Shown here one piece after another: positions 39,801-48,893 of a stretch of 64,000 nucleotides of DNA. Under the pieces are notes generated by a model that did no database searches, was not told where the DNA came from, and was given only the letters and a program-made list of their open reading frames with translations. How positions within the stretch are numbered: position 1 is the first letter of the stretch; each line of letters begins with the position of its first letter. The translations under genes were made by a program, and so were the position numbers. The stretch comes from a virus (lineage: Duplodnaviria > Caudoviricetes): the IMG/VR virus record IMGVR_UViG_3300030376_006242, one strand, 5' to 3'.

Positions 39801-42800
39801 GGTTATTCAGCATCAGATCAATTAGTTTTTGCTGGTACACAATTAGGTGGAGCAACCACAGCCAATGACATGACATTAACTGTTGATTCAGTTGATGGTA
39901 ATGGTGGAATTTTAACATTCTCAGTAGCAGGTACATCTGTAAACACACAATCTTATCCAGGATTAACTTCAGGTTCAAATGTAACAGGTCAAAACGGAAC
40001 ATTTGATGTAGCGATATCAGGCACAAGTTACACTGTGACGTTAAACAATGCTGGTGACGATTATGGTGTAGGTCAAACACTTACAATTCCAGGAACAAGT
40101 TTAGGTGGTGCGACACCAGCCAACGATGTTTCAATAGTAGTTGATTCAGTTGCTGGCACAGGAGCAAGTGCAATAGCAACTTTCACAGCAACAGGTACAG
40201 CGGCTCTAGATGGTACTTCAGCATACAAAGTAGGTGATCAATTCTTTGTTAGTGGTACAGATTTAGGTGCGGCAACACCAACCAATGATGCTTATGTAAC
40301 AGTTTCAACTGTAAATGGCAATGGTGGAATAACAGGTTTATCAATAAACGGTACAGGTACAGACGCAAACGTAGATTACGCAAGTCCAACTTACACAACA
40401 TCAGCATCTGGTACAGCGGCTGTGTTCAGTGTGAATAGAACAGGCGCAGTTTATTCTGCAACATTTAGTAACAACGGTAGTGGATTTGTTGCCGCAGAGA
40501 CAATTGACATAGCAGGTACAGAATTAGGTGGCTTATCGCCAGCAAACGATTGTCAAATCACTGTTGACACAGTATCTGCAGGAGCAGTAGCAACTTACAC
40601 TGTAACAGGTACAGCAGTTAACACACAAACATTTACAAATGTTAATAAATCAGCAAGAACACCATCTGGATTAACATTAGATGTTACACTTAACGCAGGA
40701 GCATACACAATAGCAATAAACAATCCTGGAAGTGATTACGCTCCAGATCAAGAATTCAAAGTTTTAGGTACAAACTTATTTGGTTCATCTCCAGCAAATG
40801 ACATGACATTCACAGTTACAGGAATAGATGCTGTGGCAACTGGAGTAGTAACAGTTGTATCAGCGGCTTCAGGAACTGCTAACACTGGTACAGGTAATGC
40901 TTTAAATGTTGCTGGTACAAATAGAGTCCCACAAGGTGTTGGTGCACAATTTAGTGTAACAAGAACAAATGCTACAGATTCGTCAACAGACTACACAGAA
41001 GTAACAGTTGTTCAAGAAGGAAGTAATTATGAAATAGGAGACAAACTAACTATTTCTGGATCAAGTTTAGGTGGATCAACTCCAGCCAATGACATTGTTG
41101 TAAGAATACAAAGTGTTTCATCATTTGGTGGTGTTGTTTCAAATACACACTCAGGTACAGCAATAGGTGGAACAGGTTTAAGTGTTTACAGTTCAGTAAC
41201 AATTTCTGATCCAACAAGTCAAGCAATACCTTTAAGTTCAACAATTTCATATTCAGCATTGGCAACTATTAGAGTTGACTTTACAACTCCTCATGGATTA
41301 GTTCCAGGAAATGCTTTCTTGGTTGTTATTATATCAGATGATGGTGCTAACAATCACATATTGGCTTCAGGACCATTCCTAGCAACGGCTATACCATCGC
41401 CAACAAGTTTAACTTATCAAGTTAGATCACCAGGCGCTATAACAGACGCAGGTTGGCAAGGATCAATATATGGCAGACCAGATTCATTCTTTATACACAG
41501 ACCATTCGATGGTGGTGTACAATTAGGAACAGGTGGTCCGGCACACGGTGCACAGGCAATACGTCAATCTAAAAAATATATTAGATATCAATCAGGTAAA
41601 GGTTGTATGTACACAACTGGTGCCTTGTTTGCTCCAAGTTATGACATTTTAAATATAACATCAGATGGAATTGATGCAGGTTCAACAATTACAGTAACAA
41701 CAGATGATGTTGACCACAATTTACAGGTTGGTGCTGTAATAAGATTAGTAGGTGTAGCCACATCAGGTTATGATGGTGAATACACAATTACTTCAGTAAT
41801 TAACGAAAGATCATTTACTGTAATTGCACAGATTTCATTAGGTGGCACAACTCCAGAATTTACAGATCAACCACAAGTATCATTGTACAAATGGAATGGT
41901 GCTACTGTAAGATCAGGAATATTTGATGACCAAAACGGAATTTTCTGGGAGTATGATGGACAAAATACAAATGCTGTACAAAGAACTGCCACAAGACAAT
42001 TAGCAGGTACAGTCACAGTAACACCAAATTCAAATAATGTTACAGGTGTAGGAACAAGATTCAGAGAACAAATCAAAGCAGGTGACAGAGTTGTAATAAG
42101 AGGTATGACACACGTGGTATCAAGTGTTACAGACAACACAACAATGAGTATTACTCCAGATTATAGAGGTGTTAATGTATCAGCAGGTGTTAAAATGTGT
42201 GCTGTGGTTGACAAAAAAGCAAAACAATCAGAATTTAATAAAGACAAATTAGACGGTACAGGCCCAAGTGGTTATAAATGGGACGTGTCTAAGATGCAGA
42301 TGATTGGAATACAATTTTCATGGTATGGTGCTGGATTTATCGACTGGATGACAAGAGGTCAAAAAGGTAATTTCATATTTGTACACAGAATGAGAAATTC
42401 AAACGTAAACACAGAAGCATTTATGAGAACAGGTAACCAACCTGTGCGTTATGAAGTAACAAACGAAGGTCCTGGTGGAAGATTGATAGAAAACATAGAT
42501 GACACTCAGACAACTATTACATTAGAAGATGCTTCTTTCTTCCCATCAACAGGCGGAACTGTTTATATCGATAACGAAGTAATAACTTTTACAGGTATTA
42601 CAGGAGATACATTGACAGGTTGTACAAGAGCGGCACAACTTACAAACTTTGCGGCTGGTGCCACAAGAAACTATTCAGCGGGTACGGCGGCGGCTCACTT
42701 TAGAAATACTGGTGTTGTACTAATTTCTAACACAGCGTCTCCAATCATATCGCACTGGGGATCAGCATATCTAACAGATGGTAACTTTGATGAAGATAGA

Positions 42801-43895
42801 GGATATCTATTCAACTACTCAGGTCAAGGATTACAACTATCAACAATTAGACAAACTGTATTCTTAATGAGATTGGCTCCTTCAGTATCCAATGCCTTAA
42901 CAGGTGATTTGGGAGATAGAGATCTACTTAACAGAGCCCAGTTGCTACTAGACGGTATTGAGATTACAACAGAACCAGTTGCGGCAGGACAAACACAAGG
43001 TCAGTTAGTTGTACAAGGAATTATTAATCCACAAAACTATCCAATTGATCCAGCAGACATAGGTTGGACAGGACTACAAGGTACAGCACAAGGTGGTCAA
43101 CCAAGTTTCGCTCAGATTGCTCCGGGTGGTTCAGTTAACTGGAACGGTGGTGCATCAATCACAACTCAAACAGCAGATACTCAAGCAGAAATGACATCTT
43201 CATCCAATCACTGGTTTAACTTGAGTGGTAACAGAAACTATGCATACTTCCTTGAAGCACAATGGGAAGGCAAAGGTCACACAGTTGGTATGAAAGTAAC
43301 CTCAGGTCAATTCCCTGCCAACACAGTGGTTACACAGATTAGTGATAATGGTTCTTACTACTTTGTAAGATTTTCAAACAGACACTCAGGTATATCAGGT
43401 GGACAAGCAGTTGACTTCGCATTTGGTGGTGACTTTACTGGTACTAACTACTTGTTCTTTGATCCAACAACATGGGAAGCCTCAGGCGCAGTGGCAGGTA
43501 CTGAAGTAGATACAGCAACATCAACAGAATTTCCATCAGGTACAACAGTACAAAGTGTACAAGCAAAAGCAACATTTGGTTCAACAGAATACTATAGAGT
43601 TGACTTTAACCAAACATTTAACGGAACGATTTCGGCGGCAAGTAGCATATCATTCCAATTTGGTCAACCACCTTACGCACAACCAGGTGAAACAATTTTC
43701 TCTTTCATTGCCCAACCGGGAGAAAGAGCAACACTTGCCTTAGACAAGATCAAAGCCTTAACTAACACAACACTAGGTGGACGTGGTACGTTCCCTAATG
43801 GTCCAGACGTGTTAGCAATCAACGTATTTAGAACTGCTGGCTCAGGTGATGTAGCCGGCACAGTTACACTGCGTTGGTCAGAAGCACAGGCTTAA
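36861..43895 (+). CDS. Very large (2344 aa) virion fibre/baseplate protein with tandem beta repeats
   Basis: LLLITN, DADFEYGLQPTKW, RYQSGK, SWYGAG and HWGS motifs; eight LGG-x-TPAND repeats. Confidence 0.8.
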   Translation: MAKKRINTYKFTPGIPQSGNLYPNAWAQINANKEWLKDESNAYIDYKITEDTAADLFPSASLRYLNNREYVKAEVAAWVAAQVAGNISPFAGYTKTATQIKNDVEKVINAAYLDMRYGGNENVRTVSQSYYVDGVLQLAAAGEPELAYWNKAKQIIDLYIFTGLAYGTINVEGISQNTSGSNGEAGGKTNFAANMAVIDNVVDNGILNLPALVSSAYVFANFTYEPYLCERDMGYNIDGLLTDLRYGGNEQSRYNASTYWVGTVSVLTGDRQPELAVKNEIRNIINNYVIPGIAFTSKQSPVVTQQTILGTPGEAGATSRITALVGIITDVITNGLDNLPTQINNGISSVKIPERVELSELLLITNTTSNNVLYTFNDPAKGATATYRREYTDDTSNPTPFVDPDFPKAFHGNDTITTIFLNADTSTDNALDQLQIFVEDDEIRTRPYDFGTDAIERMRVAQPESMLDADFEYGLQPTKWQAIATQRGYPSIYEVPGTDFDISSVTSDASAGTQGIGSSLITVTTIGPHNFEAGQPFTITGFDNSVAGASRAAGSFVVNTVPTTTSFTYYGKAKVGTVNPTTISTNFTQLREGDFYTGAAIGFPSFSVASNGSSGNFVTSLATLSGSTILPYTGVQPEIGAPLTGTGIQTGTQITAVNGSGGALASPTVTGDYSAGATEITVADSAGIIQNSVIDRGDGFAVTIINVAGNQLTLSAPLNQDLIGDITQYTNLAGVNYTPAGQLARFDVFRVGGAYSVSIVTNGQVGSGQDYAVGDAIIVSGTDLGGATPANDATILVESVDTGGEILTASVSGTAFTGTGTASAVQTVFQGGVGTGAQINVTKNAGSYTVALNAPSYTNVTLGTFPGTNGNGGIFDVAVDSGVYTVTIDTAGTGYIENDVVRIAGSVFGGTGANDLDIRVTSVGGSGEIQTINAAGTAPDQTVQYVSPTYTTASAGGVTASFTVTRTGTSYSAVVTTIGTGYSASDQLVFAGTQLGGATTANDMTLTVDSVDGNGGILTFSVAGTSVNTQSYPGLTSGSNVTGQNGTFDVAISGTSYTVTLNNAGDDYGVGQTLTIPGTSLGGATPANDVSIVVDSVAGTGASAIATFTATGTAALDGTSAYKVGDQFFVSGTDLGAATPTNDAYVTVSTVNGNGGITGLSINGTGTDANVDYASPTYTTSASGTAAVFSVNRTGAVYSATFSNNGSGFVAAETIDIAGTELGGLSPANDCQITVDTVSAGAVATYTVTGTAVNTQTFTNVNKSARTPSGLTLDVTLNAGAYTIAINNPGSDYAPDQEFKVLGTNLFGSSPANDMTFTVTGIDAVATGVVTVVSAASGTANTGTGNALNVAGTNRVPQGVGAQFSVTRTNATDSSTDYTEVTVVQEGSNYEIGDKLTISGSSLGGSTPANDIVVRIQSVSSFGGVVSNTHSGTAIGGTGLSVYSSVTISDPTSQAIPLSSTISYSALATIRVDFTTPHGLVPGNAFLVVIISDDGANNHILASGPFLATAIPSPTSLTYQVRSPGAITDAGWQGSIYGRPDSFFIHRPFDGGVQLGTGGPAHGAQAIRQSKKYIRYQSGKGCMYTTGALFAPSYDILNITSDGIDAGSTITVTTDDVDHNLQVGAVIRLVGVATSGYDGEYTITSVINERSFTVIAQISLGGTTPEFTDQPQVSLYKWNGATVRSGIFDDQNGIFWEYDGQNTNAVQRTATRQLAGTVTVTPNSNNVTGVGTRFREQIKAGDRVVIRGMTHVVSSVTDNTTMSITPDYRGVNVSAGVKMCAVVDKKAKQSEFNKDKLDGTGPSGYKWDVSKMQMIGIQFSWYGAGFIDWMTRGQKGNFIFVHRMRNSNVNTEAFMRTGNQPVRYEVTNEGPGGRLIENIDDTQTTITLEDASFFPSTGGTVYIDNEVITFTGITGDTLTGCTRAAQLTNFAAGATRNYSAGTAAAHFRNTGVVLISNTASPIISHWGSAYLTDGNFDEDRGYLFNYSGQGLQLSTIRQTVFLMRLAPSVSNALTGDLGDRDLLNRAQLLLDGIEITTEPVAAGQTQGQLVVQGIINPQNYPIDPADIGWTGLQGTAQGGQPSFAQIAPGGSVNWNGGASITTQTADTQAEMTSSSNHWFNLSGNRNYAYFLEAQWEGKGHTVGMKVTSGQFPANTVVTQISDNGSYYFVRFSNRHSGISGGQAVDFAFGGDFTGTNYLFFDPTTWEASGAVAGTEVDTATSTEFPSGTTVQSVQAKATFGSTEYYRVDFNQTFNGTISAASSISFQFGQPPYAQPGETIFSFIAQPGERATLALDKIKALTNTTLGGRGTFPNGPDVLAINVFRTAGSGDVAGTVTLRWSEAQA
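39190..41130 (+). repeat. Eight degenerate protein-level repeats (G-T-x-LGG-x-T-P-A-N-D)
   Basis: Read from the translation; a further copy lies near 14975-15045. Confidence 0.8.
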
Positions 43896-44023
43896 TGGAT
43901 CAACTCATCAAATTTATATGTCCGCAATGTGGCTGTGAACAGCACTGTAAATCTTCATGCTCAGAATGTCAGGATTGTCCAGATTGTATGTGTGAGGAAT
44001 GTGTTCCTACAAAATCTAAATAA
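43895..44023 (+). CDS. 42-aa metallothionein-like Cys-rich peptide (not in ORF track)
   Basis: MDQLIKFICPQCGCEQHCKSSCSECQDCPDCMCEECVPTKSK; 10 Cys and 1 His; TAATG overlap with the upstream stop; fills the gap exactly. Confidence 0.75.
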   Translation: MDQLIKFICPQCGCEQHCKSSCSECQDCPDCMCEECVPTKSK

Positions 44024-44392
44024 TTATTTTTTTTGAGAATCTCCAGGAATGACTCTGTAATTGTCTTCTGGATCGTCAGCGGTGCTTACTTCTGTGATAC
44101 TTCCTCTATCAGTTAAACATTGTACTTGATGAGGCATTAAAGGTAAATTTCTCCAAGTTTCACCTTCTTTTATTTCTTTTGTTAAAAGTGTTGCTGTTTT
44201 AGTATCTATCCAACTTAAAAGGAATCTGCCTTCATTTACAAACCATGATTCATCTTTTGTTTTATGAAAGTGCATTGAAAATTTTGCACCTTTGCGTTCA
44301 AATACCATTATTTTTCCACAGTACTTGTCGTTGGAGGCCCATATTAATTCATAACCCCAACCTTTATCTACTTTTCCTTCTTTATTGATCAT
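44024..44392 (-). CDS. Cupin, sugar isomerase-like
   Basis: KGWGYE, SMHFH..K-x-E, P...HQ, EVST. Confidence 0.8.
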   Translation of the reverse strand: MINKEGKVDKGWGYELIWASNDKYCGKIMVFERKGAKFSMHFHKTKDESWFVNEGRFLLSWIDTKTATLLTKEIKEGETWRNLPLMPHQVQCLTDRGSITEVSTADDPEDNYRVIPGDSQKK

Positions 44393-45200
44393 TTAAATAT
44401 TGCTCAACTGTTTTATAATTTATTGTAACATTTTTATTTAATTCTGTCAAATCTGCACAGGTGTAAGACTGGTATTGTCCTTTCAATGCTTGTGGCATTG
44501 GAATAGTTTCTATTTTGGCATTGTATTTTTTGGCTACAGACTCTGCTACTGATTGAAATGATGTTGCTTTGCCTGTTCCTATGTTAAAAATACCGCTTGT
44601 ATCTTTTCCAAGCATTTGACAATGTACGTTACAAATATCATCTACACATACAAAATCTCTTAAAAACTTGTCACTGTTTTCAAATACTTTAATTACTCCT
44701 GTATCTTTTGCTTGTTTAGAAAACTTTGTTACTGGAGATGCTTGGTCTCCTTTATGTTCTTCATTATTGCCATAAACATTAAAATATCTAAAACCTTGTA
44801 CTAAAATTTTAAATTCTCCCATTGCTTGTTGAACAAATCTGTCAAACAGATACTTGCTCCAAGCATATGGTGATTGTGGATACACTGGACCACTTTCAAC
44901 AAAACTGTTTGTGTTTCCATACACACTAGCAGAACTAGAATATTGAAAATTTACACCCATTGTATCACACATTTGTAATAATTTTAAACTGTATTCGTAA
45001 TTTTGATTCATTATTAATTCTACATTTCTTTCTGTTGTAGAACTAATAGCACCTAGATGTATAACCCAATCATACAAACTAGGATCAGGAAAACTATTTT
45101 CAGTATATTCAAATTCAGTTACATCATGGTTTTGATCTCTTAAATGTTTAATTAAATTTTTTCCTATAAAACCAGCAGATCCTGTTACAACAATTCTCAT
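44382..45200 (-). CDS. hldD: ADP-L-glycero-D-manno-heptose 6-epimerase
   Basis: TGSAGFIG, HLGAISSTTE, SSASVYG, YAWSK, GFRYFNVYG..E-x-HKG-x-QAS; start adjusted to MRIVV. Confidence 0.88.
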   Translation of the reverse strand: MRIVVTGSAGFIGKNLIKHLRDQNHDVTEFEYTENSFPDPSLYDWVIHLGAISSTTERNVELIMNQNYEYSLKLLQMCDTMGVNFQYSSSASVYGNTNSFVESGPVYPQSPYAWSKYLFDRFVQQAMGEFKILVQGFRYFNVYGNNEEHKGDQASPVTKFSKQAKDTGVIKVFENSDKFLRDFVCVDDICNVHCQMLGKDTSGIFNIGTGKATSFQSVAESVAKKYNAKIETIPMPQALKGQYQSYTCADLTELNKNVTINYKTVEQYLNDQ

Positions 45201-45799
45201 ACATGACTCCATAGTTTTACAATTTCTTCTGAATTTTTTGGAGCAATATCTTTTACAAGTTGGTCAGAATGATGTGTAACATAATTGATGTTTATATTCA
45301 CTCTAGACCTTGCGTTACTACAAGTACTTCCAGTATGTTCCATATAACTTGGAAATATAACCATTGAGTTTGCTTCGCTTACAATTTTATCTCCATCTTT
45401 AAATTCTGTATAGCCATTATTTGTATTACAATAAAAAATTGCTGTATAACTTAATGGCACACTTACATCACAATGCATACCGTGAGTAATAATTTTATCT
45501 TGTCCAGGAATATTGTTTGCTTTTACACGTAAAAAAGTATGAGGCTGTAACACAGCAAATATAGGTATTAACATATTCCATAGTTCTGGTCCTGTCACAA
45601 TATTACTAACTTCATGAAATTTGTGTACAAATTGAATTTGATATTTTTCTTCTGTGCTAGATTGTTCCGGATTAACCACATGGTCTTGATAAAACCAAGG
45701 AAATTTATCACTCAAAATAATATCTGTTAGTTGTTTAAAATGTTCATCAGATAAAACATTCTTTATAATAATTTTATTATTTTTTATTTCTTTGTTCAT
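45197..45799 (-). CDS. 2OG-Fe(II) oxygenase
   Basis: H-x-D (HCD), NGYT-x-F, distal H (EHTG) and R-x-N-x-N. Confidence 0.75.
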   Translation of the reverse strand: MNKEIKNNKIIIKNVLSDEHFKQLTDIILSDKFPWFYQDHVVNPEQSSTEEKYQIQFVHKFHEVSNIVTGPELWNMLIPIFAVLQPHTFLRVKANNIPGQDKIITHGMHCDVSVPLSYTAIFYCNTNNGYTEFKDGDKIVSEANSMVIFPSYMEHTGSTCSNARSRVNININYVTHHSDQLVKDIAPKNSEEIVKLWSHV

Positions 45800-47036
45800 T
45801 TACTTTGTCCACTATATTAGATGTTGAAAAACCTTTCACTGTTGGAAATATTCTTACATCTGCTAATTCATTGCCTACTGTTGTTTCAACAGTATAATCT
45901 CCACCTTTTACTATTACGTTTGGTTGGTGTTCTTTAATTGCTTCAATAGGCGTGTCTTCTTCAAACACAACAACTTCATCTACCCATGGAAGTTCTAATA
46001 GTTGTTGCTTTCTTAAAATAGTATTATTCAATGGACGACCTTCTCCTTTTAATCTTTTGACACTTTCGTCTGAATTAATGCCAACAATTAATTTATCGCC
46101 CTGACTTTTTGAAAATTTTAATAATTCTAAATGTCCTTGATGTAATATATCAAAAACACCATTGGTCCAAACCACTGTATCTTCTATATCTGATAATTGT
46201 ACAACAGTTACTCCTCTGTGTTGAACAACAGCACTAGCACCTTTTAATGCTAATGTACAAGCATCAATCATATTTGTTCCCTGCTCAACATACTTTACAA
46301 TTATTGCTAGAACAGTGTCACCTGCACCACTGACATCTGCTAATTCAACAGCATCACCCGTGATGTGTTTATAAGTATTTTCACCAACAACATGAATACC
46401 ATTACCACCGTCAGTTATTACAAGCCACTCCCAAGCAAATTCTTTTCTAAATTGATCCGCATTTTCTTTTGTGAATTCACCAAACCATTGTTCATACTCT
46501 TTCATATTAGGTTTCACAAGATATGCACCTTTATAATTTGTAGGTTGTTGTTTCGGGTCAACATAAACTCTTTTTACAGAAGACACAATATCTTTGACTA
46601 AAGAATTATTAACAACTCCTTTATCGTAATCACTTATCAATACAATATCGTCTTTTTGTAAATTTTTAATTAAATTTTTGGTAGGTTCAGCATCAGTATA
46701 TTTGTCTTCCTTATCAAGTCTTAATAGGTGTTGACCATCACTACCAATCATTCTAGTCTTCACTGTGCTTGTTTTGGCATCGCTACTGATGAATGTTTTA
46801 ATGTTATTTTTCAACAATATTTCCTGTATTTTATGCCCTGGGGCATCGTTGCCCACCGAACTATAAAGATGCGTGTCTACGCCCAAGTTTGACAGGTTTA
46901 AAGCGAGATTTCCTGCCCCTCCTACGTTGTAATTACGTTTGCTTTCCTTAAGAACAAGTGCTGATGCTTCTGGAGATACTTTGGTACAATTCCCTTGTAC
47001 CCAGACATCCAACATAACATCGCCGATTATTTTCAT
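45777..47036 (-). CDS. hldE: Bifunctional heptose-7-P kinase / heptose-1-P adenylyltransferase
   Basis: GDVMLD, SPEA, GGAGN, SDYDKG, VDPK and DVSGAGDT (PfkB), then TNGVFDILH-x-GH, NSD-x-SV..LKG..RP and KGGDY. Confidence 0.92.
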   Translation of the reverse strand: MKIIGDVMLDVWVQGNCTKVSPEASALVLKESKRNYNVGGAGNLALNLSNLGVDTHLYSSVGNDAPGHKIQEILLKNNIKTFISSDAKTSTVKTRMIGSDGQHLLRLDKEDKYTDAEPTKNLIKNLQKDDIVLISDYDKGVVNNSLVKDIVSSVKRVYVDPKQQPTNYKGAYLVKPNMKEYEQWFGEFTKENADQFRKEFAWEWLVITDGGNGIHVVGENTYKHITGDAVELADVSGAGDTVLAIIVKYVEQGTNMIDACTLALKGASAVVQHRGVTVVQLSDIEDTVVWTNGVFDILHQGHLELLKFSKSQGDKLIVGINSDESVKRLKGEGRPLNNTILRKQQLLELPWVDEVVVFEEDTPIEAIKEHQPNVIVKGGDYTVETTVGNELADVRIFPTVKGFSTSNIVDKVNEQRNKK

Positions 47037-47467
47037 TTGATTAATTTTAACATCTTAAACACAGTGTCTAATTTAATTTGATTTGTTTTATTTTGAAAAG
47101 TCTTACGTAGACCTTGGTGTAATGGTTTGGGCCAATTGCCAAAACTTACCCAAGCATATCCATCGTGTTCTGTGTTTAATGAAGGAATAAATTCTTTTTC
47201 AACAACACACAAATAAGTGTGGTACAAAAAATTTTCATCATTACTGATGAACGTTTCCATTGGAATAGTTTTTTTAACTTTTTGTTCGCCTATTTCTTCT
47301 TTAATTTCTCTTTGTAGACCTTCCCACAAATTTTTATCTGTTGTGGTTGTACCACCTACTAGTCCCCAAACATTATTTTGTTTGCTTTGAGTTCTGTGTA
47401 GTAACAAAAATCTTTTGGTATCTAATGTGTAGAAGAGTGCTCCACACCCTACAATTTTACTGTTCAT
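47033..47467 (-). CDS. NUDIX hydrolase
   Basis: WGLVGG...REIKEEIG (first Glu of the Nudix box replaced by Lys), LN-x-EH..Y-x-W; start adjusted to MNSKI. Confidence 0.8.
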   Translation of the reverse strand: MNSKIVGCGALFYTLDTKRFLLLHRTQSKQNNVWGLVGGTTTTDKNLWEGLQREIKEEIGEQKVKKTIPMETFISNDENFLYHTYLCVVEKEFIPSLNTEHDGYAWVSFGNWPKPLHQGLRKTFQNKTNQIKLDTVFKMLKLIK

Positions 47468-47483
47468 GTAAGTAATTATATGA

Positions 47484-48893
47484 CTACTGGATCTTCCAAG
47501 TGCCTTTTCGATATTCACCTTCGAAAGACAATAACCATTCACTACCATTCCATTTGTATTGTACGCCTGTGTTTAAATTGGTAACGTGAGTGGTATTCGT
47601 TGTTGTGCTGGCATCAAAAATAACTTCCCAATTGGTACCGTTCCATTCTATGATGTCATTAGCACCAGCAACTAAATCTATATTGCTGTCACCTTTCCAA
47701 GCATCAGCACCATCTTCATTATCTGTTGAGCCAATACCTTTTAACAACAATAATCTTTTTCCATTCTGTTTAACTGTTGTTGGATCAAATTTTGTAGGGT
47801 CTACAATAAAATCAACTGAACCACTTGTAGTGATTGGTCCAACAATTACAGTGTCAGTTGGAATTGTGTCTTCATCCCAATCAATTAATAATTGATATGG
47901 GTTTGCTTCGTTTACTGCTACTGTACCAACTACTTGAGCATCAATGCCTTCTCTATTCAAATAAATTTTGCTCAATCCATTTTTAAAATTAGGTATTGTT
48001 AATACATTGCCTGTCCATACTTCGCCACCTATTACACCTTTAACAATAATTTGAGCAACACTATTCAATACATAGATGTCTACATTAATGCCTGTTGTTC
48101 CTTGTACTGAGTCTGTATCTTTTCTTATTGCTCTTCCTTTGTCATCTAATTTGATACTGTTTTCATATCCATCTTGGTATGCTTTTAGTTCAGGCATAGT
48201 TTGGCTTAAATCTATATTTCCAGTTTGTTCATTGAATATACTTGTTATAATGTGTGTGATTACTCCTAATTTTTTTACTTTTGTTGGCGGAGAAATGTAT
48301 ATAGGTGTTGTAAAACCTAAAGTCGCAACATCGACTTCTGTTTCCGTTCCTAATGGAATCGTTCTAGACGAAAAATTAATATTAGATAATTCTACTACAC
48401 TTAAACTTGTCCAGTCAACGTAGTTGTCTGTGGTTTGTATTTCTAGAGATGGATTAAACAACATCATTATTTGTTCCATTACTTGTAATTTTTGTTCTGT
48501 GTTTGATGTCCAAATATCAGCATTCAATGTTAATGTGTATGGTGTTGGCATTAATCTTTCAACTGTAACATTTTTACCTTGTGTATTCAAATATTCATTA
48601 TTGTTGGCATCATATGCTCTTTCTCTAACATGGACTTTACTAATGAAACTAGAATCTGCTAAACGAGTTCTGTCCATTTCTAAACCGGTAACATACACAC
48701 CCATTCTAGGCACAGACGGTAATTTATTTTCTGAATTATCTCTTATAATGTGTGATACTTGTCTTGTAATATCTCCATACATTACCGGAATAGTTCTTAA
48801 AGAACCATCTCCATCTTTGTATGAAAAATTACTCATCAGTCTAATTATTTGAGTAATATATCTTCTAATCTGTCCGTCGTAAAAAAATTGCAT
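47484..48893 (-). CDS. gp15: Tail completion / sheath stabiliser, gp15-like, with C-terminal extension
   Basis: FFYD-x-QIRRY, IPVMYG, P-x-PY-x-L, Q-x-MEQI...F-x-P; next to neck genes. Confidence 0.7.
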   Translation of the reverse strand: MQFFYDGQIRRYITQIIRLMSNFSYKDGDGSLRTIPVMYGDITRQVSHIIRDNSENKLPSVPRMGVYVTGLEMDRTRLADSSFISKVHVRERAYDANNNEYLNTQGKNVTVERLMPTPYTLTLNADIWTSNTEQKLQVMEQIMMLFNPSLEIQTTDNYVDWTSLSVVELSNINFSSRTIPLGTETEVDVATLGFTTPIYISPPTKVKKLGVITHIITSIFNEQTGNIDLSQTMPELKAYQDGYENSIKLDDKGRAIRKDTDSVQGTTGINVDIYVLNSVAQIIVKGVIGGEVWTGNVLTIPNFKNGLSKIYLNREGIDAQVVGTVAVNEANPYQLLIDWDEDTIPTDTVIVGPITTSGSVDFIVDPTKFDPTTVKQNGKRLLLLKGIGSTDNEDGADAWKGDSNIDLVAGANDIIEWNGTNWEVIFDASTTTNTTHVTNLNTGVQYKWNGSEWLLSFEGEYRKGTWKIQ

